From NCBI GenBank assembly GCA_031835245.2, contig JAVKOQ020000004.1, forward strand, positions 434,001-498,000: 64,000 nt of DNA, written 5' to 3'. The notes below the pieces were generated by a model. The model searched no databases and was not told where the DNA came from. It saw only the letters and a program-made list of their open reading frames with translations. This DNA comes from Balamuthia mandrillaris. Taxonomy: Eukaryota. Position numbers and translations under genes: made by a program. Position 1 is the first letter of the stretch. Each line of letters starts with the position of its first letter. This document shows positions 11,298 through 22,776 of this stretch, one piece after another.

Positions 11298-12252
11298 ATG
11301 AGCGGAGCAGAACGGCTGTGCCGTGGTGGCGATTTGCTTCTTCTTCTGCTCAATGGGCTCCTTCTGGTGCTCAGCAGCTGCGAGGCATACGGCCTGACAC
11401 AGATGTCCTCCTGTCGGCAGTGTCAGAGCGTCAAGGTCTCGCCGCCCGTGTTTTGCTCCAACTATGTCAACTACTCCCATTGCATCTCTTGCTCTTCCCA
11501 CGAGATCGACCCCTCGCTGCCTGATTGTGCGAATACCACTGTGTCTGATGACAGGGCCCTCAAGATCTACCAGCAGTACGTTGGTGACATAGAGAAAGTC
11601 GGTCAGTTCTCTCTCTCATTCTCTCTGCTCTATTTCGCTCTTTCTCCGCTTCGCTCTTCTTCTCTCTGTCACTCTCGCTTCTCTCTCTCTCTCTCTCTCT
11701 TCTTTCGCTCTCGCTTCTCTTTTTCTCTTCGTCTCCTCTCTCCTTATTTGTGTTACCAGTGAAACAAGATCCGCTCCCCGACGACTGCTTGGACACTATC
11801 AAACGAATGTCCTGCTTCAGCTCCTTTCCTGACTGCCACGAGCACCACGAGCACGCCTTTGTGGGACCCTGTCAGAAGACCTGTCTGGAAATGGTGAAGG
11901 CCTGCCGCCTCGAGGAGACCTACTTTCGTGATAACTGCTATCTGACGTGGCAGACTTACGACTGCGTGGAAGGGCCAGCTGGCAGTGATGCTCAACGGGG
12001 GTGGAATGCCTTGCCTGGTTTGCTTTCTTCTTCTTTTTCTTCTTCTTCTTCTTCTTTTTCTCTTTCTCAGTGTAATGTTTGGGAATTAACTGTGGTATAG
12101 AAGCATTACAGGTGTTCATCATAGTGGCATCCGTATTGACTGGTATCATCCTGTTGTTCATGTGTGGAGTGGGCAGCCTCATCGCTGTCAAGCGTTACGA
12201 GATAAGGAGCATTCAAAACGAGGAACGGAGATCTTTGTTGAACCACTCATAA
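11298..12252 (+). CDS. Type I membrane protein with a Frizzled-like cysteine-rich domain
   Basis: Signal peptide. Cys pattern DCLDTIKRMSCFSSFPDC..GPCQKTCLEMVKAC. Single TM segment VFIIVASVLTGIILLFMCGVGSLIAV. Tail ends EERRSLLNHS*. Confidence 0.65.
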
Positions 12253-12333
12253 CCCTCTTATCTCTCTCATCCTCCTTTCTCTCTTCTTTTTCTTTCAACA
12301 AAATGTCTTCATTTTTGTACAGTTTTTGTTGGA

Positions 12334-12510
12334 TTACTTGAGAGGTTGCGTCATGGCAAAAACCTCACGAAAAGCATCCTGGTCGACGCTTACCGTGATG
12401 AACGTGTTGGACCCAGGTGATGGATTGCAGCCCCATCCTCTCCCTTTTCCTTCTTTGGTTTCATACATCTCCACTGTAGTATTTGTTTTTTGTGAGAACT
12501 TCTTTCTTCT

Positions 12511-12553
<43 letters not shown>

Positions 12554-12758
12554 AAATGAAACCTTCAGCAAAGGTGGCTATAGAAGGATCGATGGCAATG
12601 CAGGCTGCCAACGGGTCGTGCAACGCCTTCTCACTCTTTCGCTCAAAGTAGCATTCCATTGCTTCATAAATAAACTGCAAACCTTTTAACAGAAGAAAAG
12701 AACAAGTCAAAACAAAGAACGAAAAGAAAAGAAGGAACGAGAGGAGAGATACAAGGAA

Positions 12759-12800
<42 letters not shown>

Positions 12801-14033
12801 TTCACTATCTTTGATATATGGTTTAAGAAAACGGTGAAAGTCGGCATCGTAGAGCACGCCGTGACAAACGTTCTTGGAGACCAGCACTCGCTGCTGCACT
12901 CGCTCCGAGGTGAGCATCGCCATTGCGCTTCTCCGGTCTCCTCCAAAATTAAAGGTTGGACAAACAGTCTTTCCGTTGAACTTTTCCAAGCGGTGCTCTG
13001 TTGTTTGTAAAAGAAGAGAATGAATGTCAAAAAAAGAAGTAAGTACCGAAGAAACAATAACAAACAACGAAAGGAGGAAGGTGAAGCAGAAAACGAAGAA
13101 GAAGAAGAAGAAGAAGAAGAAGAAGAAGAAGAACAAGAAGAACAAGAAGAAGAACAAGAAGAAGAACAAGAACAACAACAAGAACAAGAACAACAACAAC
13201 AACAACAACAAGAACAACAACAACAAGCAGAAGAAGAACAAGAGGAAGAACAAGAAGACAAGAAGACAAAGTAGATAGGAACAAGAACAAGACACGAAGA
13301 GCAACAAAGAGAAAAAGGAACAAACCAGGAGGAACAATGTTATCTCCAGCGAAGCCACCCTGCGCCACCCATCGCCGAATCCGAACGTCCGGATAGGCCT
13401 CCAACAGCTGTCCAAGGTTGCCCAGCGGAGCGCCCGTCACTATGGTAGCCTCTGGATAGCTCTGAAACGTCTTGTAGAGCACATCGCAGCCTCTTCCATC
13501 GGATTCGGCCACGAGCGGACTGGAGAGCCCTAAAGCACGCCAGTGAAAAGCAGAGACGCTGCGTGAAGAAGAAGAAGCAGAAGAAGAGAAGGAACGAGTC
13601 CCGACGGGAATGGAGTGAAGGCGAGAGTCTTTATAGCGACGGAGAGTGTATTTCACTAGCCCTACTTGTTCTCTTGTTCCTTTCAGGTTGGACAAGATAG
13701 AGAACGATGGTTAGAGACGACAGAAACTAAGGAAACAAAGAAGTGACAAGAAAAAAAACAAACAACAAACCAGGAGTAATGGTAACGGCACGAAGACACA
13801 CACTAGGATGACTGGCAAGAAGGCATCTAAAAGGGCAAAAAAAATTGAACGCATGAGCAAAAGTAAGTTTTATTTCCGCACGAAGGGAACACAAAAAAAC
13901 GAGATGCGTACAAAGTCAAATAGTCGTCCGGGTCATTCGTTTCCATGTCGAAGATCACATCCATCTTTTGCGAAAGGTCGCGTCTCAGTTTGACGTATTC
14001 GACTTTGTTGGTTTTCCGTTTCGGTGCCTCCAT
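12334..14033 (-). CDS. Inosine-uridine-preferring nucleoside hydrolase family protein (multi-exon)
   Basis: IFDMETNDPDDYLTL, TIVTGAPLGNL, WVAQGGFAG, PTFNFGGD, SKNVCHGV, ALHDPLAAC. Ends FREVFAMTQPLK*. Confidence 0.85.
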
Positions 14034-14128
14034 CTTTTATGTTTGGATAAAGCTGTTGGCTTTCTTTTCGGATATACAAGAAATAAAAAAAGGGGGTGGT
14101 AGGGCTAAAGGTTTGGACCCAAGGGAGA

Positions 14129-14159
<31 letters not shown>

Positions 14160-14395
14160 GAAAAAGAGAGGAAACAATTCGCTGCATTCCCACATCTGAA
14201 GTTGCACAGCTTGTGCAGAAATGGTGAACGATTTCTTCTGCTCCCTTATTTTTTGCGGACGTTCATGCTGCACAATGAATGCTGTTATTGTGACCACATT
14301 CTGCTCCATTGCAATATTTTTTTGATTTTCTTTATTCCCTCTCTCTCTTCTCTCTCGCTCTCTCTCGCTCTTTTTCTCTCTCTCTCTCTCTTTCG

Positions 14396-15452
14396 TTAAG
14401 CGTTTTGAGTTCGAATAAGCTCATCCAAATGATAATCGAACTTGGCGCAGCGGATGGGTTGTTCCCTCTTGAACTCGTAGAAAGGGTTCTTCAGCACGTA
14501 GTCCGTGTATAACACGTAGATGCTTTGGAGGACCTTGTCCACGTTTGTCCGCTTTGCGTCTGCCGTCATGAAAAACTTGGTCCCTTTTTGTTGAAATGAG
14601 TAAGTTTAGCAAGAGAAGAGGAGAGAAGAGGGGAGGAAAGGAAGAGAGAAGAGAGAAGAGAGAGAGAGAGAGAGGAGAGAGGAGAGAGAAGAGAGAAGAG
14701 AGAGAGAGAAGAGCGAAGAGAGAAGAGAGAAGAGAGAAGAGAGAAGAGAGAAGAGAGAAGAGAGAAGAGAGAAGAGAGGATAGAGGAGAGAGGTTAGAGG
14801 AGAGAGGAGAGAGGAGAGAGAAGAGAGAAGAGAGAAGAGAGAAGAGAGAAGAGAGAAGAGAGAAGAGAGAAGAGAGAAGAGAGAAGAGAGAAGAGAGAAG
14901 AGCGAAGAGCGAAGAGCGAAGAGCGAAGAGAGGAGAAATAGAGAAGTGAACATAGCAAGCAAGAAACAAGAGAGGAATGAGAAGGCCCGAACAAACCAGT
15001 GAGAGTCTGGAAGCAATGCAGCCGGAAGGTGTCTGTCTCCAACACTTCTAGTCCAGTACAATCAGGAACAGGCGACAACTTGCTGGTAAACGTGTGCATG
15101 CTATTTTTGTAGACTGATGATTAGAGGAAAAAAAAAATTGAAAAAAAAGATAAAAATGGTAGAGAAAAAAAAACCAAACCCATAAAGTAGACCACCAAGA
15201 CGAACAGGATCCTCAGCAATAGATACTCCTTCCACAAAATTCTAATCAAATAGAAAAAAAAAGTGTTACCAGCAAACAAATAAATGATAGGATAAGAATC
15301 TTCAAAAAAAAAAAAACAGAATAAAACAAAGAAGGTACCTTTTGGTAAATGAGACCTCCAGACTTGTTGATGATGTAAAGAGAATGAACCAGCGGCTTGT
15401 CAGGGCCGCTCTGCCTGCCTTTGTCAGCTTGTGCTTTCGTCACAAATTCCAT
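14396..15452 (-). CDS. TRAPPC4: TRAPP complex subunit 4 (Trs23/synbindin), 4 exons
   Basis: SLYIINKSGGLIYQK, GLEVLETDTFRLHCFQTLTG|TKFF, YTDYVLKNPFY..PIRCAKFD. Confidence 0.9.
14612..14935. repeat. Intronic AG-rich 5-7-bp satellite (AGAGA/AGAGAAG)n
   Basis: Fills a TRAPPC4 intron and is pyrimidine-rich on the sense strand. Confidence 0.9.
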
Positions 15453-15875
15453 CCTGGCCGCTACCTTTTTTTTTTTGTATTTTTAAAATTTTGTCGACTA
15501 TCATGACGACTCGATCCATCTGGAAGCAAATCGGTATTTCATGAGTGGAAACGGCGAGGAAATGATTGGCAGAAAAAAAGTCCTTGCCGGTCTCTGCTGC
15601 TTTTGGTGCGTCCACAAAGGACTACCGGCAGAGCAAACCATTGCGCATTCCTTGTTCAATTAAAAAAAAAATAAGGCTCAAAAAGAGAAGAGAGAGGAGA
15701 GACACGATGGAGAGCACAACCTCCTGCTTTCCATAAGGTACTGCTCCTGCCGGCATCACAGTAACTCTTTCCAACATAATAAATATGATAACAATATTTT
15801 TTTGTTTTGAAAACAATGCAAATACAAACTTAAAAACGGAAGAGAGAAGCGTTCTTCATCGATGTTGTTATCGTT

Positions 15876-18800
15876 TCAAAGAGGAAGCCGCCAGTCGATG
15901 GGAGTCTTGCCAGAAGCCACCAACAAGCGGTTGGCCTCCGAAAAGTGCTTGCATCCACGAAACGGAACGGACGAGCGAGGGCTTGGATGGCCCGCTTTGA
16001 GAATGTGATGCTTGCTCTGGTCGATGAGCTTCGCTTTGGCTTGAGCCTCTTCTCCCCACAACATAAACACCAATCCCTCTTTCTTCTCGCTTAGCTCGCT
16101 GCAAAATCCGTTAGCAAAGAGGGAAGAGGAAGAGGAAAAAGAAGAGGAAGGAAGGAAGGAAGGAAGGAAGAGGGAAGGAAGGAAGAAGGAAGGAAGGAAG
16201 GAAGGAAGGAAGGAAGGAAGGAAGGAAGGAAGAAGAAGAAAAAGAACAAGAACAAGAAGAAGAACAAGAAGAAGAATAAGAAGAAGAACAAGAAGAAGAA
16301 TAGCGAAACAACGAAAGAGGGAAAGAAAGAGAATACCGAATAACAGTGTCAGTGAAGCGAGTCCATCCTATTTCACGGTGGCTGTTGGGTTTATGTGCCT
16401 CCACTGTCAATACACAATTGAGCATTAGCACACCGTTTAAGGCCCAACTCTCCAAGTTTGCGTGATCTTTGGGTGCCTCGAATCCCTCCACATCTTCCTT
16501 GAGCTCCTCAAAGATGTTCTTCAGACTGGGAGGCAGGTCCTTCTCCAGCGATTGGATCCGTTTGTGGATGCTGAAGCAAAGGCCGTGGGCCAAGCCGGGA
16601 GTGTGATAGGGATCCTGTCCAAGGATCACGCATTTGACTTGTTCGAAAGGAGTCAGTTTGAAGGCAGCCAGAACATCTGCTTTGTTGGCCGGGAAGATGC
16701 GTTTGTTGTTGCCTCGTTCCTCTCGTATTATAAATGCAAGCATGTCATCGAAATAGTCGTCCTCCTCATCTTTACCTTCTTTGTCGCCTTGGATGGCAGT
16801 TCCTTTCCAACCTTCGGGGCAGACCCACCACTCGTCTGCATCGAATTCGCGGGCTTGACACCAGCCAAAGAAGCGAGAAATGGTGCGGAGGTCCTGACTA
16901 AAGTTACGCCCAGCAAAGTACTCGCGGATGGCTTCCAGAGTTTTTCCAGGCGAGCGAGCTTGTTGTTGTCCTTCCTCCATCCAATGTTTAATCTGATCCA
17001 CTTCTGCCAGAGTCAGGCCTGTCTTCTCCGCCACGTGAGCAGGTGCGCAAGGATGTTCTGCTAGCGTGTTTGGGGACAGCAAGGCCAACGCGGAGTAGAC
17101 GCGTCCTTTTTGCCATTGGCTGACGTTCTTGCCTTCCTCTCCTGCCATAAAGCGATAGAACGAATGGTAGAATTGTTCGGCGGTGGGTTGACTGCCATCC
17201 ATAGCTCTCATGCTGAGGCCCACACGAGGACAACAGAAGATCTTTCTCCTTTTGAACAGGCCTTGTCGTTGTGGCGGTTGGATCTCACTTTCGTTTGCTT
17301 TGTCCTTCTCCTCCTCTTGCTTCTCCAACCTGTCCTCCTTTTCATGATAATTATAAGAGAGGTAAAGCAAACGTGGAGCGAAGAGCCAAGACCCAGTGTT
17401 GCCCACAGCAAAGTCAAAGCGGGGATGAGCGACTAAAGCGTCGATACTGGGGCAGCCCGTCTCTTCCAGCAGTTGGTTGACTACCACACACGGTCCTTCG
17501 AAGAACGCTCCATCCCGTACGCGTTCCACTGCTCGAATGAGCACCCCACCGTAGACCTCTCTCCCCTTTTCTTCTTCCTCTTCTTGTTCTTCTTCCTCTT
17601 CTTCTTGTTTCTTGGTTTTGGTCTGTTGGTAAACGCTTCCTTCTTCCTTGATCTTATCCTTCAAGATTGAGCCAAAAGTAATGTCCAAGCCCTTGAAGTT
17701 GCCATCTCGATACTTGCCATCCGGTTGTTGATGGAAGTACCAACGACCAGCCAAGCGTTGCATGGGATTCTTGTGAGTGAAGATGTCCTCGTGCCTCGAG
17801 GAGAAGAAATAAAACTCCACTTCTCGCAGTCGGTAGAGCTCATCGTTGGGGCCAACATGTAACACACATCCGTTCATCAGCCGTTCCGCCACTTTTGTGA
17901 AGTGTTGATGAAAGTGGTGAGGAAGAAAGAAGCGAGATGACGTGCTCAGCAGGCCATTCACCAGCATCGCATGATCTCGCCCAGTGGTCTCCACAAGTTT
18001 CCTCTCCAAATGGGGAATGGCGAAGGTATCACAGTTCGACAGCCATCGATAGAACCCACGCACCAGAGGCATCACCGACCCATTCGATGCCAGAAGATAC
18101 CAATCAGGCAAATGAGTGGCGGACAGTTCGAAGCGAGACCGGCGATGATGCCAAGTTGCTCCGTCCGTGATAACCTTCAACGGAGTAGCATGCGAGTGTT
18201 TCACAATCGACACTTTGCTTTTTCCTTTCTGTGTTTTTCCTTTGCTTGCACTTTCCTCTTCTGCCATCGCGTCCTCTTCTGAAGATGATGTGGTGGGAGA
18301 GGAGGGAGCTGCAGATGAGCGATGAAGGAGTTCCATGCGATGTGCTCTTTCTTTTCTTCTTCTCATCTTGCGAACCTCTTTTTTCTTCATAAGCAAACCC
18401 GTCCGAGGGTCACGCTCTTCTCCGTATTCGTCGTCCCCGTCTTCACTCTCGCTCGATGAGGAAGCCTCCTTCAATTTTCTGCGTTTAACAACCCGCTTTC
18501 TTGCTCTACACTTCACTTCGCTTTTCTTCAACAACAGGCCTGTTTTCTCGTCCCGTTGTTCGCTGTACTCATCGTCACTGTCCTCCTCTTCCTCTTCACT
18601 GACGGCAGAAGCCTTCTTCGATTTTCTGTGTTTGCCACCCTTCATTCTTGCTCTTCGTTTCACTTCGCTTTTCTTCAACAACAGGCCTGTTTTCTCGTCC
18701 CGCTGTTCACTGTACTCATCGTCACCATCCTCCTCCTCACTGGATGCTGCATTTCTTCTTTTCTTGCTTCGCTTTACGCTATGTTCTCGTCTGCGTACTT

Positions 18801-21800
18801 CACTTTTCTTCAACAACAGGCCTGTTTTCTCGTCCCTTTGTTCGCTGTACTCATCATCGCTATCCTCTTCCTCATCACTGGCCTTCTCTTCATACTCATC
18901 ATCGCTACGATCCGAATCTTCTTCAAATTGTTCACTCTCTACATCATATTCTTCCAACTCTTCTCCATCGATGCTTCCCTCTTTCGCCAACAGCCACAGT
19001 AAACCGTTGGCTGACTGAATGGAACTCTCGCTGCTTACGAACGAAGCGGAAGAGGAAGAGGAAGAGGAGGAAGAAGAAGAAGAAGAAGAAGAAGAAGAAG
19101 AAGAAGAACAAGAAGAAGAAGAAGAAGAAGAAGAACAAGAAGAAGTAGAGCTACTGGTGCCGTCCTCAGTAGCCTTTTCCTGTCGACGCAGCTTTCGAGC
19201 ATACTTCTTCGCTTCAACAGCAGTGGTTGGGGTAAGACCTGGAACCACAATTGCGAAGCCTCGTTTTGCATACTTTAACAACCGTCGCGCGTAGCTTGGG
19301 CTCAGTCTGAAAGGATCCACAACATTAATGCTCATGGCAGAAGCGATGAGGGCACGATAATGAGCCCAGACATGGCAACCGTCGTAGGCCACAGCACAGC
19401 AATCCAAGTCGAATCCAGACAGCAGCTCCGTCACACTGTTCATCAAGTACAACACGATTTGGATGGGAGGAATGGCCACAGGTTTCGTAGCGATAGTAGA
19501 GCTGGAAGAAACATCGGAGTTGGTTCGAACATCTATCACCTTCAAGCCTTTCACAGGAGAATAGGGCGTGTCGCACATCTCGCATCTCTTTCGTTTCTGC
19601 TCGTGGCGGAAGGTGCACACACTGCACGTCCATTCCTTGTTCATCTTCTCCGCTGTCTCTTTCTGGGATGAGAATTGTTGTGTCTCATTGCTTCGTGGAA
19701 GTAGTGTGATGGTATGGCTTCTACACTTCCAATCGTAGGCCACACCTTGTTCATTAAGGCGAGTCGTAACCTTGTTCAATACTTCTTCCATTTTGAGGGC
19801 GGCTTCCTGGGAGTCGGTGCTGCAGATGAATACATCGATATCGCTCTGCGACTTGCCCTTGGCACGGTTCCACAGGGGCCATCGCCTATGGAATGGCATC
19901 ATGCAGCGAAGCACAGAACCGCCTGCCACGCATACCTTGCCCGGTTCCAAAACGTCGTCCAACACACCGTGTGTCATTTGCTTCCAATTGCTAAGAAACT
20001 GTTGTTTCGATCGAACATAGCATTGCTGTCGCAGTTCCTCTTCCTTTTGCTGTCTTTCTTTTGTCATAGCTTCCTCTTGCCGTTTGTTGGCTTGTACAGC
20101 AGCAGGAGAAGGGCGAAGGATTCGATCATCCACGATGAGGCCCCAATGCTTGCCTCTGCCAATCATCCAAGTTATGCGATGACCAGCGTTGGCCAGCTCG
20201 GCATAAACGGAATCGGTCTTGTTCTTGTTTTGCTCGATGTACGTCACCTCTGCCACCTGAACAAAACGACATCCTGCCTTCTCACTAGTGGATAACTCGT
20301 ATTTTTGTCCCTCGATCGTAACGTGCGTCTGCTGTGTGTCATGAATGGCTTTGTGGATGGTTTCCAGAAAGGAATCCTGAGAAAGAGGTTCTCCTCTGCG
20401 TGGTCGTTCGCCCACTGCACCATCACTGACCTGCATGGCGTCTTCTCCCTCCATCAGTCCCGCTGAGGAAGCTCCACCGCTGGACGTCTTTGCAAGGTAG
20501 TCCGTTGCTTGAAGGTAGCACAGTCCTTTTATCAGGCGCTCGATGTCCATAACTTGTGCCAGGCGTAGATGAGCTCCTTGACTCTCCTTCGCCAAAGCTG
20601 CATAAAACGAATCCGCGTAGTGGTGTTGGCCACATTGCACACCGTAGACATGGATGCCCAGAGCCGTCAATTGGTTAAGCTCTTCACGCCAGTCCAACTC
20701 CACCTCTTTTCCTCCGGACTCTGTGCCTTTCTCGTGTGGAATGTCATCTCCGATGACCACCAGGGCTTTCATTGCCGATGGAGTCCAGCTCAGCGTACGA
20801 GCATCTTTCAAAGCAAGCTCGTAACATTCTGCTGAATCGCCCCCGCCAGTGGAGCCCACGCCCTGAACAAAGTCGCAAAGGCGGTCGGGATCGTTAGAGA
20901 AGTCCAATCGCTTCAGCACGTACTGTTCGCGATCGCAATAATCTCCATGAGCGATGATGGCGATGCGAAGAGAAGGGAGGTCCAGCAGCAGGGATTGCAC
21001 CAAGAACTTCAGGCTTTTGCGAACTTGAGCGAGGTAGCAAAACATGGAACCCGTAGTGTCAAAAGAGAAGCAAATCTCCAATTGAGCTTCCTCCTCTTCC
21101 TTCTGTTTGTCTTCGTCTACCGTCACATTCTCCTCTTCATCCTCTTCACCATCCGCGTCATCGTCTAGATTCAGTTGTTCTGCATTCGCTGTTGATGGTG
21201 GTGATGTAAGAGCCCCAGCGAAATGGAAGATGCCAGCTTCCGCATCGTGATGAACCAAAGCAAAGGCGTTACGTTTTTGTTGCTTAGTGGAGGGAGTGCA
21301 AGCAGCCATTTCCTTCTGTTGCCACTCTTTCAGCCAGTTTGGCCGCTGTTGTGCCAGAAAATCATCTCTCTCGCCCAACGTTCTCTTTCCGGTCGGATCG
21401 CACAGCACCACCAGCTTCCTGTTGTCACGGATGATGGAATCAAGTGAAGAGGATCCAGTTTCTTTCAGACGAGGCGCTCTATACCAGGGGATTTGCCCAG
21501 AACTCGAGGGGGATGTTAAGCTGGTCGCTTCATTCTCCTTCTCCTTCGCTTTCTCCTTCTCTCGTTGTTTGCCATCACGACCACCACCAAAGAATGGAAT
21601 AACAAGTTGACGCTCCAACAATGAGAGGCCGTCTTCTTCATCTTCCAGAACCATCTTCTTCTTTCTCTTCTTGGTGCCACCTGTCCTATTCGTCTTCTCC
21701 ACTCTATTCCAAAGGCGACTGTGCAGAACGAGGGCATCCAAGTCTCGAAAGCCACGAATACAGTCATTTAGGCGCAACTGGCTGAGAAGATGTTCCTGAA

Positions 21801-22545
21801 AGAAAACGTGGCGAAGCAGATATCCGTGCCACAAAGCGAGCATGGGAGGGCCCCACAACTTGTATGATGCCGACTTGCCGCAGACTAACAGGGTTTTGCT
21901 GGGGCACAGGTTTGCTTGTGTGTCCTTTAGCCGGTCGTTGGAAACAGGAGATCGGCGAAGTGCTGGTACGTCGTCTTCTAAAAGCAAAAGGACTGCTGCT
22001 TCATGTTGTTTGCTTGAAGAAGAAGAAGAAGAAGGAAAGAGGTTTGATGAATCGTGTTCATCAAGCGGAGGAAATAGCTTTTCCCAATAGTACGTGCGGT
22101 GGGCACACAGCGGTTTCGCCAAGAGTGGAAGGCGGCGCCCTGTTATGCCAATGGCCTTACGTGATCCTTCAGGGGTAGAAAGGTATTTGTCCAGCTGGAT
22201 GGCAGCAGCGTTGAAAGCCATAACGTAGACGGTGGTTCCAGGAAGCGCCTCGGTGGTGGGCAGCGCTTCCGGCTTTGCTTCTTTCTTCGAGAGAACATTT
22301 TTCTTACCCACTGCTCTGCCTTGCAAAGCGCAAACGAAACCCCATTCGGTTTCACCATACCAGCGATGCATAGGGAACTGATTATGGACCAAAACCTCCA
22401 CTTCCGACCGAGGCAAGGCCGCCACCTTGCGGTTCACCCACGCCACCGGGTCTTTGTCCAACCGCTCATCGTCTATGATGCCCTCTTCCAGAAAGAGGGA
22501 ACAAGGCGCCACTTCTTTGGGCGGTTTGGTGTACAGGTTATCCAT
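15876..22545 (-). CDS. Giant multidomain protein: GT-like(?), vWA, nucleotidyltransferase with RanBP2 finger, acidic repeats, MPG-like glycosylase, uracil-DNA glycosylase. One ~6.2-kb exon plus a last exon ~16100-15876.
   Basis: First ATG at 22545. vWA: FSFDTTGSM, GGGDSAECYE, VVIGDDIPH. NTase: VAGGSVL, SDIDVF, FDLDCC, RLLKYAKRGF. Finger: WTCSVCTF..CEMC. MPG-like: EVEFY, KGLDITFG, GGVLIRA, EGP, RVGL. UDG: VILGQDPYH, PPSLKNI, VLMLNCVLTV, VFMLWG, HPSP. Confidence 0.88.
18375..18865 (-). repeat. Four in-frame coding repeats, DDEYSEQRDEKTGLLLKKSEV (last copy DDEYGEERDPRTGLLMKKKEV), about 135-150 bp apart
   Basis: Near-identical nucleotide blocks (cttttcttcaacaacaggcctgttttctcgtccc..ttc.ctgtactcatc) at about 18521, 18668 and 18803, with a diverged copy at about 18380. 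Confidence 0.9.
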
Positions 22546-22776
22546 CCCCAGAGAGACTGTGTGTGTGTGGTCGCAGTGTACGTGTTGCAGCTTCAAGATC
22601 TTGCCCTCGCGTCGACAACCAACGAGACACGCGACACCAGCGCACTCAAATATTTTTTCCTGGAAATACAAAAATTTTTGTGATTTATGCCGACATTTTC
22701 AAGGGACCCTCGTCTACTTTATTTTTTTGTTTTGATTATGGGCAAGTCTGAGGAGGCATAATGTTGGACTCTGCGT

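Noticed and set aside
18375..18865. Regularly spaced repeats as a CRISPR-like array
   Set aside because: The repeats are in-frame protein-coding, ~65 bp long and diverge at silent sites, in a eukaryotic gene with no cas genes.
19035..19150. TCT-repeat tract in the polyprotein as a possible intron
   Set aside because: The only nearby donor (GTAGCT) is weak and the nearby AGs do not preserve frame, so it is treated as coding poly-Ser.
22546..22671. N-terminal 42 codons of the 2186-aa ORF call
   Set aside because: It begins at a non-ATG codon in promoter-like DNA containing the GTCGAC motif. The first ATG is at 22545.
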